A stretch of 63,854 nt of DNA from Thiomonas sp. (GCA_023255715.1 JAGDVQ010000095.1:1-63854); one strand, 5' to 3'. Positions 51,297 to 63,729 are shown, counted from the first letter of the stretch. Numbers and translations are program-made. The notes: a model not told the origin generated them from the sequence alone.

Positions 51297-51704
51297 ATGA
51301 TCTACGGCATCGGCACCGATGTCTGCTCCATCGCCCGCATGCGTGCGGCGGTGGCGCGGCATGGCGACCGGTTCGCCCAGCGTGTGCTGGGCGAGAGCGA
51401 ATTGCGTGAATATGCCCGCCGGCTTGCCAAGGTGGAGCAGCGCGGCATCAACTACCTGGCCACGCGCTTTGCCGCGAAGGAAGCGTTTTCCAAATCCATC
51501 GGCTTGGGGCTTCATCACCCGATGCGCTGGAGCGATTGCGAAATCCTCAAGCTGCCCAGTGGTCAGCCAACCATCAAATTGCACGGCGCGCTCAAGGCGT
51601 GGTGTGCGGCGCGGTCGCTGCGCTTTCTGGTGTCGGTTTCCGATGAGGCCGACACGGCGCTGGCCATGGTCGTGGCCGAAGTCTTCGCTGCTCCTGCGTC
51701 CTGA
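51297..51704 (+). CDS. acpS: Holo-ACP synthase
   Basis: MIYGIGTD, RFAAKEAFSK, SVSDE. Confidence 0.94.
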   Translation: MIYGIGTDVCSIARMRAAVARHGDRFAQRVLGESELREYARRLAKVEQRGINYLATRFAAKEAFSKSIGLGLHHPMRWSDCEILKLPSGQPTIKLHGALKAWCAARSLRFLVSVSDEADTALAMVVAEVFAAPAS

Positions 51705-51708
51705 ACCC

Positions 51709-52791
51709 ATGCAATCTGTCCTGCCTTCTCCGCTCATCCTCGACGTCGCCGGTCTGCAGCTGACTGCTGCCGATCGCAGGCGTCTGCGCCATCCGCTGGT
51801 CGGCGGCGTGGTGCTGTTTGCGCGCAACTGGGAGAGCCGCGCGCAACTGCTGGCGCTTTGCGCGCAGATCAAGGCGGTGCGCGCCGATCTGCTCATTGCG
51901 GTGGACCATGAAGGCGGGCGGGTGCAGCGCTTTCGCACCGATGGCTTCACGCATCTTCCGGCCATGCGCGCACTCGGCGACCACTGGATGCTCGACGCCC
52001 CGGGCGCGATGCGCCGGGCCGCGGCCTGCGGGGTGGTGCTGGCTGCCGAGCTGCGCGCCTGCGGGGTGGATTTCAGCTTCACGCCGGTGCTCGATCTGGA
52101 CTGGGGGGGATCGAGCGTGATCGGCGACCGCGCGTTTCACGCCGATGCGCGCGTGGTCACGGTGCTGGCACAGAGCCTGATGCAGGGCATGGCGCGCATG
52201 GGCATGGCGCATTGCGCCAAGCACTTTCCCGGCCACGGTTACGCCCGGGCCGACACGCATGTTGCCGTGGCGCAGGACGATCGCCCGCTCGACGTCCTGC
52301 TCGCGGCGGACGCCGCGCCGTTTCATTGGCTGGCGCCGGGGCTGCGGGCGGTCATGCCCGCGCATGTGGTGTATCCGGCGGTGGATGCGCAGCCCGCGGG
52401 CTTCAGCGCGGTATGGCTGCGACAGGTGCTGCGCGAGCGCATCGGCTTCACCGGCGCCATCATCAGCGACGATCTGGGCATGGCCGCGGCGCGCGCGCAG
52501 GGCCAAAGCCTGAGTCAGGCGGTGCTGCAGGGGCTGCACGCCGGATGCGATCTGATGCTGGTGTGCAATCAGAGCCCGGTGGATGGCGGGCGTGCACTTG
52601 ACACGCTGTTGCGCGAAGTGGATGCCGCGCTGGACGAAGGGCAGTGGTTGCCCGACGAGCGCAGCGCGCAGCGCCGCTTCGATCTGCTGCCCAATCAGCC
52701 CCCGCTCGCCTGGGACGATCTGATGGTGAGCGACATCTATCTGGCGGCGCTTGACGCGGTGTACGCCGAGCCATCTGCCGGACCGAATTGA
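51709..52791 (+). CDS. nagZ: Beta-N-acetylhexosaminidase
   Basis: VDHEGGRVQR, FTPVLD, KHFPGHG...DTH, SDDLGM. Confidence 0.94.
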   Translation: MQSVLPSPLILDVAGLQLTAADRRRLRHPLVGGVVLFARNWESRAQLLALCAQIKAVRADLLIAVDHEGGRVQRFRTDGFTHLPAMRALGDHWMLDAPGAMRRAAACGVVLAAELRACGVDFSFTPVLDLDWGGSSVIGDRAFHADARVVTVLAQSLMQGMARMGMAHCAKHFPGHGYARADTHVAVAQDDRPLDVLLAADAAPFHWLAPGLRAVMPAHVVYPAVDAQPAGFSAVWLRQVLRERIGFTGAIISDDLGMAAARAQGQSLSQAVLQGLHAGCDLMLVCNQSPVDGGRALDTLLREVDAALDEGQWLPDERSAQRRFDLLPNQPPLAWDDLMVSDIYLAALDAVYAEPSAGPN

Positions 52792-52797
52792 ACGCCA

Positions 52798-54000
52798 TCA
52801 GGGGTAGAACAACACCAGCTTGTAACCGGCAGGCGCGGCGCCGCTGAGCGCAAGATGCAGTTGCAACTGCATCTGCTGGCCGGGGGCGATGCCTGCGCGC
52901 AAGGCGGTGGTCTGCGCGGCGGCGAGGTAATGCGCGGGCTCCAGAACCTTGCGCTGCGTGATCCGGCCTTGTGCGTCGGTCAAGGTCAGCTCGAGCGCAG
53001 GCCACGCCACCGCATGGTCCCGACGATTGCGCAGCAGCACGGTGAGTTGCAGGCCGGTATCCGCCGGGCTCAGTGCGGACGAGTCGATCACCAGGGCATC
53101 CAGGTCGCGCGGTGCGGCAAGTTCGCACCCCGTGGTGGCGCGGCAGAGTTGTTGCAGCCAGGGGCGGCTGGCAGGCCACTGCTGCGCCAGGCGATCTCGC
53201 CAGAACAGCGCAGCCTGGCCGCCGAGCAACAGCAGCAGCAACAGGCTGACTGCGCCGAGCGCAGCGCGCACCGGGGCACTGCGCCACCGCGCCTGACGAT
53301 GCGCCTGCCGCACGAATTCGGGCTCCTGCGCCGCGGCAAGGGCCTGCGCCGGGCTGGTGGGGGCTGCTGCAGTCGCGTCGTCCGCGTCGAAGCGGTAATT
53401 CAGCGCGTCGTTGAGATTGAATTCGGACAGCGGTGCTGCGTCTTCGCCAACCGCGCTGGCCTCGGCTGACAGGCTGGCTGCGGCCGGGGCGTGGTCGGGT
53501 GGGCGGGCGTCGAGGTCCTCCGCAGGGAACTCGGAGGCGATGCCCAGGCGCGCGTCTGTCTCCACGGGCCACGCATCCTGTGCGGGCTCGGGAGCCGGAA
53601 GGCCGGGCTGCGCCTTGTCGGGTTCCACAGGCGCTTCTGCCGTGGCGACGGACTGCGGCTGCGGTCTCCTGTCATAGGCTTGCGCAGTCAGCGGCAGGAA
53701 GCCCTGATAGGCGGGTTGATCGACCGGAATGTGGTCCCAGCGCAACCCGGCGGTGACCGGCACAGTCGGGGACGGCAGAGGCGGGGACGGCGGCGGCGCC
53801 TCGGTTGACGTTGGTTCGGACAGAACCGCAGTTTGCTGCGCTGATGGGGATGCGGGCGGGCTCAGGTCGATGAGGTGATCGAGCGCATTGAACGGTTCAC
53901 CGCAGTGGCCGCAGCGCACCCAACCTTCGCGCAGCAGAAGCTGGTCGCGCACCACCTTGAAGGCGGTCTGGCAATGCGGGCAACGGGTGGCCTGTGCCAT
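52798..54000 (-). CDS. Zinc-ribbon and DUF3426 domain protein
   Basis: TRCPHCQTAF...GWVRCGHC; Pro/Ala-rich linker; TM; WPALELTLTD...GYKLVLFYP. Confidence 0.85.
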   Translation of the reverse strand: MAQATRCPHCQTAFKVVRDQLLLREGWVRCGHCGEPFNALDHLIDLSPPASPSAQQTAVLSEPTSTEAPPPSPPLPSPTVPVTAGLRWDHIPVDQPAYQGFLPLTAQAYDRRPQPQSVATAEAPVEPDKAQPGLPAPEPAQDAWPVETDARLGIASEFPAEDLDARPPDHAPAAASLSAEASAVGEDAAPLSEFNLNDALNYRFDADDATAAAPTSPAQALAAAQEPEFVRQAHRQARWRSAPVRAALGAVSLLLLLLLGGQAALFWRDRLAQQWPASRPWLQQLCRATTGCELAAPRDLDALVIDSSALSPADTGLQLTVLLRNRRDHAVAWPALELTLTDAQGRITQRKVLEPAHYLAAAQTTALRAGIAPGQQMQLQLHLALSGAAPAGYKLVLFYP

Positions 54001-54007
54001 GCCCGGT

Positions 54008-54910
54008 TCAACTGTGCGTGGGGCCTGCGAGGCAGACCCAGCCTTCGAGCGACCGATCGATCTGCAGCGCCGCGTAGGGCGCATAGGCAGCGATGAGTTC
54101 TTCCGCCTGCCGCTCCAGGATGCCGCTGAGCACCAGTGCGCCTGCGGGCCTCACATGCGCGGCGATGGCCGGGGCCAGGAGCTTGAGCGGCGCAGACAGG
54201 ATGTTGGCCACCACCACGTCGAAGCGATCGTCGGCGACCGAGTCCGGCAAGCCCGCCTGCACCGCAACCTGATTCTCTGCGGCGTTGGCCCGTGTGGACT
54301 GCACTGCGTCCGGGTCGATGTCCACGCCGACGACCTGCGCTGCGCCAAACTTGGCCGCGGCGATGGCGAGAATGCCCGACCCGCAGCCATAGTCGAGCAC
54401 GCTTTTGTGCTGCAGCGGCTGGCGCGCCAGCCACTCCAGGCACAGCCGCGTGGTGGGGTGGGTGCCGGTGCCGAAGGCCAGGCCGGGGTCGAGCCGGATG
54501 ACGGGGGCGGAGGTGTCCGGCGGCGTGTGCCAGCTCGGCACGATCCACAGGGCATCGGCAATCGATACCGGCTGGAACTGCGATTGCGTCAGACGCACCC
54601 AGTCCTGGTCCTCCACTGTGGCCTGCCGCACGTCCTGCAGATCGGGCAGGGCGTTGGCGGCCAGCAGCGCGGCCAGGGCGGCGTCGGCCTGTGTCTCATC
54701 GGCAAACAGGACGCGCAGCAGCGACTGCGCCCAGGCGCCCTTCGGGGCAGGCATGCCGGGCTCGCCATACAGCGCCTGTTCCTGCTCGGTGTCGCCAAAG
54801 CGGTCTTCCACGCTGACGCTGAGTGCACCGAGCTCGAGCAGGGCGTCCGACAGCGCATCGGCCTGCTCTTCACTGACGGGAAGGGTGACTTCTCGGTAAC
54901 TCATGTCCAT
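54008..54910 (-). CDS. prmA: Ribosomal protein L11 methyltransferase
   Basis: DQDWVRLTQSQF, LDPGLAFGTGTHPTT, LDYGCGSGILAI, VANIL. Confidence 0.95.
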   Translation of the reverse strand: MDMSYREVTLPVSEEQADALSDALLELGALSVSVEDRFGDTEQEQALYGEPGMPAPKGAWAQSLLRVLFADETQADAALAALLAANALPDLQDVRQATVEDQDWVRLTQSQFQPVSIADALWIVPSWHTPPDTSAPVIRLDPGLAFGTGTHPTTRLCLEWLARQPLQHKSVLDYGCGSGILAIAAAKFGAAQVVGVDIDPDAVQSTRANAAENQVAVQAGLPDSVADDRFDVVVANILSAPLKLLAPAIAAHVRPAGALVLSGILERQAEELIAAYAPYAALQIDRSLEGWVCLAGPTHS

Positions 54911-56263
54911 TCAGTCCTGATGCCGCGCGGCCAGGTATTCCTCGAGGTAATGGATGCTGGTGCCCCCTTCGGTGAAGCGGGCGTCCACCATCAGCTCGCG
55001 GTGCAGCGGAATATTGGTCTGAATGCCGTCGACCACCATTTCCGACAGAGCGATGCGCATGCGTGCGATCGCCTGCTCGCGCGTGGCCCCGTGCACGATG
55101 ATCTTGCCGATCATCGAGTCATAGTTGGGTGGCACGAAGTAATTGGTGTAGGCGTGTGAGTCCACCCGCACGCCCGGCCCGCCCGGGGTATGCCACATGC
55201 TGATGCGGCCGGGCGACGGCGTGAATTTGTAGGGGTCTTCGGCGTTGATGCGGCACTCGATGGCATGGCCGTTGAACTGCACACCGCGCTGGCGCAGGCC
55301 CAGCTTTTCACCGGCAGCGATGCGGATCTGCTCGACCACGATGTCAACCCCGGTGATGAGTTCGGTGACGGGGTGCTCGACCTGCACCCGGGTGTTCATT
55401 TCAATGAAATAGAACTCGCCGTTTTCGTAAAGAAACTCAAAGGTGCCCGCGCCACGGTAATTGATTTTCTTGCAGGCGTCGGCGCAGCGCGTGCCGATGC
55501 GCTCGATCAGGCGGCGTGGAATGCCGGGCGCCGGGGCTTCTTCGAGGATTTTCTGGTGGCGCCGCTGCATCGAGCAATCGCGTTCGCCCAGCCACAACGC
55601 GCCGCCGTGCGTATCGGCCAAGACCTGGATTTCGATGTGACGCGGCTGCAGCAGAAATTTCTCCATGTAGACCGCCGGGTTGCCGAACGCCGCACCGGCT
55701 TCGCTGCGTGTCATGGTCACGGCATTGAGCAGTGCCGCCTCGGTATGCACCACGCGCATGCCGCGTCCGCCGCCACCGCCTGCGGCCTTGATGATGACGG
55801 GATAGCCGATGGAGCGGGCAATGCGGGTGATTTCGCGCGGGTCGTCGGGCAGGGCGCCTTCGGAACCCGGCACGCAGGGCACGCCCGAGCGGATCATGGC
55901 CTGCTTGGCGCTGACCTTGTCGCCCATCAGGCGGATGGAGTCGGGGCGCGGGCCGATGAAGGCGAAGCCGGACTTTTCCACCCGCTCGGCGAAATCGGCG
56001 TTTTCCGACAGAAAGCCGTAGCCAGGGTGAATGGCCTCGGCATCGGTCACTTCTGCTGCGGAAATGATCGCCGGCATGTGCAGATAACTTTGCGCCGACG
56101 GCGCGGGACCGATGCACACGGCCTCGTCGGCGAGACGCACGTACTTGGCTTCGCGATCGGCTTCGGAATAGACCACCACGGTCTGAATGCCCAGCTCGCG
56201 GCAGGCGCGCTGCACCCGCAGGGCGATTTCGCCACGGTTGGCAATGAGGATTTTCTTGAACAT
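54911..56263 (-). CDS. accC: Acetyl-CoA carboxylase biotin carboxylase subunit
   Basis: [41 protein letters not shown]. Confidence 0.96.
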   Translation of the reverse strand: MFKKILIANRGEIALRVQRACRELGIQTVVVYSEADREAKYVRLADEAVCIGPAPSAQSYLHMPAIISAAEVTDAEAIHPGYGFLSENADFAERVEKSGFAFIGPRPDSIRLMGDKVSAKQAMIRSGVPCVPGSEGALPDDPREITRIARSIGYPVIIKAAGGGGGRGMRVVHTEAALLNAVTMTRSEAGAAFGNPAVYMEKFLLQPRHIEIQVLADTHGGALWLGERDCSMQRRHQKILEEAPAPGIPRRLIERIGTRCADACKKINYRGAGTFEFLYENGEFYFIEMNTRVQVEHPVTELITGVDIVVEQIRIAAGEKLGLRQRGVQFNGHAIECRINAEDPYKFTPSPGRISMWHTPGGPGVRVDSHAYTNYFVPPNYDSMIGKIIVHGATREQAIARMRIALSEMVVDGIQTNIPLHRELMVDARFTEGGTSIHYLEEYLAARHQD

Positions 56264-56370
56264 GCGCGTTGTCCGTTCTGGTGCTGAAAAAGGCGGTTTC
56301 ACCCGCGTTGCGCAGGGCCGCAGCGCAGGATGGGACAAGCCGTCTGGTCTTGCCCGCAGCCTGCAAGCAT

Positions 56371-56856
56371 TTACTCGATCACGAACAGCGCCTGGCCGTA
56401 CTCCACGGCCTGACCGTTTTCGGCCAGCACGGCCTTGATCACGCCATCCTTGTCACATTCGATCTCATTGAGGATTTTCATGGCCTCGATGATGCACAGT
56501 GTCTGCCCGACCTTGACGGTATCTCCCACTTCGACAAAAGGCGCAGCGCCCGGCGAGGAGGAGCGGTAGAACGTGCCAACCATCGGTGACTTGAGAACAT
56601 GGCCCTCGGCCGCAGGAGGGACAGAAGGGACTTCGGGCGCGGCAGCGGGCGATGCGGGTTGCGGTGCGGCGTATTGCGCAAAGGGCGCGGTAGCGTACTG
56701 CATGGGCGCCTGCGAGGGCATCTGCGCGTACTGCACGATGGGCTGGGGCTGCGCCTTGACGATGCGCACCGTGCCTTCGGCCTCGGTGATTTCCAGCTCG
56801 GAAACATTCGAGTCGGAGACCAGGTCGATCAATGTCTTGAGTTTGCGTAAATCCAT
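56371..56856 (-). CDS. accB: Biotin carboxyl carrier protein
   Basis: [26 protein letters not shown] biotinylation site. Confidence 0.97.
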   Translation of the reverse strand: MDLRKLKTLIDLVSDSNVSELEITEAEGTVRIVKAQPQPIVQYAQMPSQAPMQYATAPFAQYAAPQPASPAAAPEVPSVPPAAEGHVLKSPMVGTFYRSSSPGAAPFVEVGDTVKVGQTLCIIEAMKILNEIECDKDGVIKAVLAENGQAVEYGQALFVIE

Positions 56857-56896
56857 GATCTGTCGTTAAGTCGCTGATAAGTGTCGCATTAGACCA

Positions 56897-57352
56897 TCAA
56901 TTTTTACGATTCGAGAGTTCTGCAGCGACCTGCCGCAAGGCCAGCGCATAGCCGTGCGCCCCACAGCCGCTGATGACTGCCACGGCCAGATCGGAAAAAT
57001 AGGAATGATGACGGAAGGCCTCGCGGCGATACACATTGCTCAGATGCACTTCGATGAAGGGCAGGTCGGTGGCCGCAATCGCGTCGCGCAGGGCCACGCT
57101 GGTGTGCGTGTAGGCCGCAGGATTGATCACGATGTAGCGTGTTCCGTCGAGGCGTGCAGCGTGCAGCCGGTCGATCAGCGCGCCCTCATGGTTGCTCTGG
57201 AAATGCGCCACCTCCAGACCCAGTTCCGCGCCCAGCGCAAGCAGGGACTGATCGATTTCTGCCAGTGTGGTGGCGCCGTAGATGTGTGGCTCACGCTGCC
57301 CGAGCAGATTGAGGTTGGGGCCGTGGAGAACGAGGATGCGCGGCAGGCTCAT
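56897..57352 (-). CDS. aroQ: Type II 3-dehydroquinate dehydratase
   Basis: [36 protein letters not shown]. Confidence 0.95.
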   Translation of the reverse strand: MSLPRILVLHGPNLNLLGQREPHIYGATTLAEIDQSLLALGAELGLEVAHFQSNHEGALIDRLHAARLDGTRYIVINPAAYTHTSVALRDAIAATDLPFIEVHLSNVYRREAFRHHSYFSDLAVAVISGCGAHGYALALRQVAAELSNRKN

Positions 57353-57378
57353 GGGGTGTTGTCGGTGAAGTATGAAGC

Positions 57379-57912
57379 TCAGTGTCCCGAGGGTACAGCG
57401 TCTTTCAATTCGTCGAGCGAGGTTCTTCCCAGTTTCTGGAACACCACGTCGCCCTTGCCATCGAGGACGACAGTGAACGGCAAACCACCCTGCTTGTTGC
57501 CCAGGCTGGTGCTCAGGGCAATGCCATTCATGCCGCCGAGCAGGATGGGATAGCTCACCGGATGGTCCTTGAGAAAGTCGCGTACCGACGTCGGATTGTC
57601 GAGTGCAATTCCGACCATTTCGATGCCTTTATCCTTGTTCTTCCGATAAAACTCGGAAAAATCGGGCATTTCAGCAATGCAGGGCGGGCACCAGCTTGCC
57701 CAGAAGTTCACCACCAGGGGTTTGCCGCGGTATTGCGACAGATCAATGGTTTTTCCCTGCAGATCGACGAGTTTGTCTGCAAAAAACGTCTGCACGGCGT
57801 TGTTTTCCACGGAGATGGGGACGCTGCGCTCGCGTTGGAACCAGGCATTGCCCAATACAGCAGCAATCAGGGCAATGATGGCTGCAAAAATCCAGACATT
57901 GATTTTGTTCAT
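57379..57912 (-). CDS. TlpA/ResA-like membrane-anchored thioredoxin
   Basis: N-terminal TM; [12 protein letters not shown]; GGLPFT. Confidence 0.88.
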   Translation of the reverse strand: MNKINVWIFAAIIALIAAVLGNAWFQRERSVPISVENNAVQTFFADKLVDLQGKTIDLSQYRGKPLVVNFWASWCPPCIAEMPDFSEFYRKNKDKGIEMVGIALDNPTSVRDFLKDHPVSYPILLGGMNGIALSTSLGNKQGGLPFTVVLDGKGDVVFQKLGRTSLDELKDAVPSGH

Positions 57913-57967
57913 GGGTTTGAAGAGGATCAGTCAGACTGCCTGCATTGTGCATGGCCGGAAACCGGGT

Positions 57968-58603
57968 TCAGTCTGTCGGGTTTTCCCGGGATTGTTGCTG
58001 CTCCGCCAGCAGACGCCGCAGCGCGGGCAGGGTGCCGCGCTGCGTGCGGCCCTGGGCATCGGGCAGCAGCACGCCTCGCTGGTCTTTTTCGGTGTACAGG
58101 CTTAGATGGGCCGGGATGAAATGGGCCGGGATGGTGTGTGCCGCCTGCACAGGCCATTGCAGGGTGAGACGCTCCACCCGGCCGCGTCCGGCGTAATGCG
58201 GCGCCTCACCGACCTGATACATCAGCCCGCGATTGATGCAGTGAATCTCCACACCCTTGCCGTCGTCGGTGAACAGCAGGACATGCAGGTCGGAAAGTTC
58301 GGTGGCAGTGCCGTTCCACACCGCGCCGGCGAGGTGCGGGTTGAATGTGGCGAATTCTTCCATCAGGGCCAGTGCGGCTCGGCGCAGTTGCAGCAGCTCA
58401 GCCGGCTGGGTGTCGGCGTGAAATATGGCGAGTTCTTCGCGGACCTGCTGCTCGATCTCGTCATTGCTGGGCAGCATGTCGTGCGGCACGCGCTCACCGA
58501 CCAGGCGCCTGGCGGCTTTGCGTTTGGCGCTGCCATAGTCCAGCCCATCTTCCACGATCAGCCGTGCGGCCAGCGCGGCGAGCTCTGCGCGTAGGGAATC
58601 CAT
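57968..58603 (-). CDS. Conserved hypothetical protein with a nucleotidyltransferase-like motif
   Basis: AARLIVEDGLDYGSAKRKAA helical N-terminus; PHLAGAVWNGTA...SDLHV resembles the Pol-beta NTase G[GS]x9-13DxD signature. Confidence 0.7.
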   Translation of the reverse strand: MDSLRAELAALAARLIVEDGLDYGSAKRKAARRLVGERVPHDMLPSNDEIEQQVREELAIFHADTQPAELLQLRRAALALMEEFATFNPHLAGAVWNGTATELSDLHVLLFTDDGKGVEIHCINRGLMYQVGEAPHYAGRGRVERLTLQWPVQAAHTIPAHFIPAHLSLYTEKDQRGVLLPDAQGRTQRGTLPALRRLLAEQQQSRENPTD

Positions 58604-58695
58604 CGCAAAATGGTAGCGCCCGCTGTGGGGGCCAATCGCAGGCACACAGGCACAATGGAGATCCTGCTCTCTCATTCACGCAATCCGCGCCGCGC

Positions 58696-60608
<1,913 letters not shown>

Positions 60609-60612
<4 letters not shown>

Positions 60613-61103
60613 GCGAGCTCCCGATGACCTGCCCGACGCCGCCTTTGCTGCAGAACCTGGATTTGCGCACCGATCCGGACGCTGCCGCCTATATCAAGCA
60701 GGAAACTGTGCAGGTGCAGTTCGCTGCCGATGCCGGCGAACTTGTCAGCCGTGAAGGCCCCAACCGCTATGCCTGCGGCGACGCCATCATCACCGGCTCG
60801 ACCGGCGATCGCTGGAGTGTCTCCCGCGCCCGCTTCGAGGCCCGCTACATTCCCCTCGCACCCACGCAAGCCGGACAGGATGGTGCGTACATCAACCAGC
60901 CCATTCCGGTCCTGGCGCGGCAGATGCAGCACCCGTTTCGCATGGCGCGCAGTGCAGGGGGCGATCTGCTGCACGGCAACGCGGGGGACTGGGTGCTGCA
61001 ATACGCGCCCGGGGACTATGGGGTGGTGGAGCAGCAGCGGTTTGCGCAGGTCTATCGCCGGATCGACGAGGCAACCCCTCAAGCGCCTGCAAGTTCAGCC
61101 TGA
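60609..61103 (+). CDS. PGDYG domain protein
   Basis: SREGPNRY..GDA...GDRWSVSR...GDWVLQYAPGDYGVV. GTGA overlap with the uup stop. Confidence 0.8.
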
Positions 61104-61198
61104 GGTCGGGCGGTGCAGCGCAGCAGAAAACAGGCCAGACTGATCCTGGCGCGGCGCGGCACATCACCTGAGGTGAAACCGCAGGAGCAGCGGGACGC

Positions 61199-61579
61199 TC
61201 AGGGCTTTGCTGCGCCGCCCGGGCCCATCCCGCCACCGGGGCCCATTCCTGCGCCAGGGCCCATTCCGCCGCCGCCAGGGCGCATGCCTTGGTGCATGCC
61301 TTGCGCTGGCGGTGTGTCAGGCAGTTTGACGCCGCGCTCCTTCGCGCGTTCCTGCATCAGCTTGTGATGTTCCGCGCGGATTTGTTCGCGTTGCTCGGCA
61401 GTTTTCGCCTCGCGCATCTTGAGCCTGTATTCGCGGCGCTCCTTCTGGGTCATCAGCTGGCTGCCGTAGATGGTTTCCTGTTTCTGCGACTGCGCGTAGG
61501 CCGCAGTTGCAGTCAGCCCTCCACCCGCGAGCAAGAGGCTCAGAGACAGCGCAGTCAAAAGCGGTTTTGTGGATCGCAT
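61199..61579 (-). CDS. Secreted helical protein with Met/Gly-rich tandem repeats
   Basis: RBS aaggag; signal peptide ending AYA; IYGSQLMT..ER..YR.KMR...RAEHH..MQERA; C-terminal GMGPG repeats. Confidence 0.8.
   Translation of the reverse strand: MRSTKPLLTALSLSLLLAGGGLTATAAYAQSQKQETIYGSQLMTQKERREYRLKMREAKTAEQREQIRAEHHKLMQERAKERGVKLPDTPPAQGMHQGMRPGGGGMGPGAGMGPGGGMGPGGAAKP
61221..61274. repeat. Three 18-bp coding tandem repeats (GMGPGx)
   Basis: Units starting gggcccat at 61221, 61239 and 61257. Confidence 0.8.
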
Positions 61580-61632
61580 GGCAAACTCCTTGTCGAATGG
61601 TCTGGGTCCAGAGTCAGAGGGGACTCCCTTGC

Positions 61633-61673
61633 AGGGTATGCCCTCGGAATGCATCTCACTTGATGCATCTCAA
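61633..61673 (-). promoter_or_regulatory. Candidate FNR/Anr-type class II promoter
   Basis: TTGATGCATCTCAA (61660-61673) is one mismatch from TTGAT-N4-ATCAA. A minus-strand -10 TACCCT (61638-61633) places the box centre near -41. Confidence 0.55.
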
Positions 61674-61692
61674 CAAATCGAGAGAGCAGACC

Positions 61693-62163
61693 TCAGGACG
61701 ACGCCGCGGGCATGCGCGCTGGTCCTGGCGTGAACGGCCCGCCTTTCGCATACGCCTCCTGCTCGAAGCGATTGGCGCGGTAGGCGTCGCGGCCGTGCAG
61801 GGCTTGCCACAGGCTTTCCAGCACATACGCCGGACCGAAGAAGGGGCCCCAGCGTTCGTACTGCTGCACATGGACGCGCTCGTGGGCGCGCAACTGCTGC
61901 ATGGCGCTGCTGTTCACCGCCAGAACGACATGGCCCAGGGTGATGGCGACGATGCGATGGCGGTTGGGCAGCCGCTGCATCCAGCGGGGCAGTCGGCCAC
62001 CGGTGCATTCCAGGGTGTGGTCATGCCGCCGAAGCCTGGCGCCCAGCGCGCAGGCGGGCAGGGCAATGAGCAGGCCGAGCAGGGAATACGGCAGGGCCCA
62101 GAGCACGCGCACGGGCAGGCTCAGACGGGACAGGCGGGGACTGCGGAACGAGCTGGAACCCAT
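61693..62163 (-). CDS. Hypothetical protein with an HExxH zincin-like motif
   Basis: LWALPYSLLGL, AITLGHVVL, HERVHVQQYERWGP, YRANRFEQEAY. Start trimmed from the long ORF. Confidence 0.7.
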   Translation of the reverse strand: MGSSSFRSPRLSRLSLPVRVLWALPYSLLGLLIALPACALGARLRRHDHTLECTGGRLPRWMQRLPNRHRIVAITLGHVVLAVNSSAMQQLRAHERVHVQQYERWGPFFGPAYVLESLWQALHGRDAYRANRFEQEAYAKGGPFTPGPARMPAASS

Positions 62164-62285
62164 GGCACGAGCGAGTTTCTGGAAAAAAGGAGGATAACGG
62201 CACGTCCGCAAACGCAGGTTCCCGGCCGTGCCGCATGGCGGACCCGGCTGCCTACAATCCGCCCAGCGCCGCAAATCGGCGGCGC

Positions 62286-62374
62286 AAGGCTGGGGGTGCG
62301 GGCTGCGGCGGCAGGCAGCTTCGCTGAGAGAGTCCCTTCGAACCTGATTGAGATCATCCTCGCGCAGGGAAGCA
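62286..62374 (+). promoter_or_regulatory. TPP riboswitch
   Basis: GGGGTGC...GCTGAGAGAGTCCCTTCGAACCTGAT...CGCAGGGAAG conserved core, upstream of a pyrimidine permease. Confidence 0.92.
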
Positions 62375-62448
62375 CGGTCGGCGGCAGTTGCGCATTTTTC
62401 GCAGCGTCGTGCGGCGGGTTTCGGGCGCGAGCACGCGAGAGACCATCC

Positions 62449-63729
62449 ATGGCAGCACAACCCTCCTCGACCGACGCGGCGCATGCGTCCAATGCCTCCG
62501 TTCCCACACCGGAGCGTGTCCTCAACTTCGGGGACGCGCTGGCGCTGTGGTTCAGCCTGGGAGTGGGTCTGCTGGTCATGCAGGTGGGCGCGTATCTGCG
62601 GCCGGGACTGAGTCTGCCGCAGGCGACAGGCGCAATTGTCCTGGGATCGATCTTGGGTGCGGGTTTGCTGGCCTGGGTGGCGGGGATCGGCAGCAGGCAC
62701 GGGCTGTCGAGCTCGGCGCTGATCGGGCGCACCCTGGGGCAGCGCTTCGCCGTGCTGCCGGTGGCGGTGAACGTGTTGCAACTGCTGGGCTGGACCGCGT
62801 TCGAACTGGTGGTGATGCGCGACGGCACGCGCACCATCGTCGATCATGTCTTCGGCGTGCGTGCGGCCTGGGTTCCGGTGCTGGCCACGCTGGCCTGGGG
62901 CGCGCTGCTGCTGGTGCTGGCCAGCGGACGCATGATCGGCCTGGTGCGGCGCCTGGTCAGCCGCGCGGCGATGCCGCTGATCGTGGCCTCGCTGCTGTGG
63001 CTGAGCTATCAGTTCGGCCTCAAGGCGTGGCAGCAGGGCATCGCCGCGCTGTGGGCGCGGCCGGGCGATGGTTCGATGAGCCTGCTCGCTGCGGTCGATC
63101 TGGTGGTGGCCATGCCGGTGTCGTGGCTGCCGCTGGTGGCGGATTACGCGCGCTATGGGCGCCATGCCGGGGCCACGGCACGCGGCACGTGGATTGGCTA
63201 CGCCGCAGCCAATATCTGGTGCTACGGGCTGGGCGTTCTGGTCATCAGCGTGTCGCCAGCCGACATCGACATGCTCAGCACCCTGCTGCTGGCGCAGGGC
63301 GGGCTGATCGCGCTGGGGTTCATTCTGGTGGATGAGGTGGACAACGCCTATGGCGATGTGCACTCGGGCGCGGTATCGAGCAATTTTTTGCACAACCGTT
63401 GGAGCATCCGCCGCGCCGGCATGACCCTGGTGGTGCTGGCCACCGCCGCGGCGCTGGCGCTGCCGATGCACGCGCTGGAGCCGTTTTTGCTCACCCTGAG
63501 CTCGGTGTTCGTGCCATTGTTCGGCGTGGTGATCGCGCAGCTCGCACCGGGCTTGCCGCCGCACAGCAACTGGCGCTGGGGGCCGATGCTGGTGTGGCTG
63601 CTGGGCATCGCGGTGTTTCAGGCCGGCACCGTGTGGTGGCCGAGCTGGGGTTCGGCGCTGCCCAGCCTCGCGTTTACGCTGATTGCCGCGGGCGCGCTGC
63701 GCTGGCGCGAGGCGGCCCGAAGCGGCTAA
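62449..63729 (+). CDS. cytX: NCS1/purine-cytosine permease, probable hydroxymethylpyrimidine transporter
   Basis: LWFSLGVGLLV, NVLQLLGW, AMPVSWLPLVADYAR, DEVDNAYGD; preceded by a TPP riboswitch. Confidence 0.82.
   Translation: MAAQPSSTDAAHASNASVPTPERVLNFGDALALWFSLGVGLLVMQVGAYLRPGLSLPQATGAIVLGSILGAGLLAWVAGIGSRHGLSSSALIGRTLGQRFAVLPVAVNVLQLLGWTAFELVVMRDGTRTIVDHVFGVRAAWVPVLATLAWGALLLVLASGRMIGLVRRLVSRAAMPLIVASLLWLSYQFGLKAWQQGIAALWARPGDGSMSLLAAVDLVVAMPVSWLPLVADYARYGRHAGATARGTWIGYAAANIWCYGLGVLVISVSPADIDMLSTLLLAQGGLIALGFILVDEVDNAYGDVHSGAVSSNFLHNRWSIRRAGMTLVVLATAAALALPMHALEPFLLTLSSVFVPLFGVVIAQLAPGLPPHSNWRWGPMLVWLLGIAVFQAGTVWWPSWGSALPSLAFTLIAAGALRWREAARSG

Noticed and set aside
58106-58133. 15-bp-period tandem duplication (atgggccgggatg twice)
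   Set aside because: In-frame 5-aa micro-duplication (IPAH repeats); likely neutral slippage.
61507-62448. N-terminal 314 aa of the 740-aa ORF, suggesting a fusion to the permease
   Set aside because: It runs through the TPP riboswitch and two opposite-strand genes; the real start is 62449.
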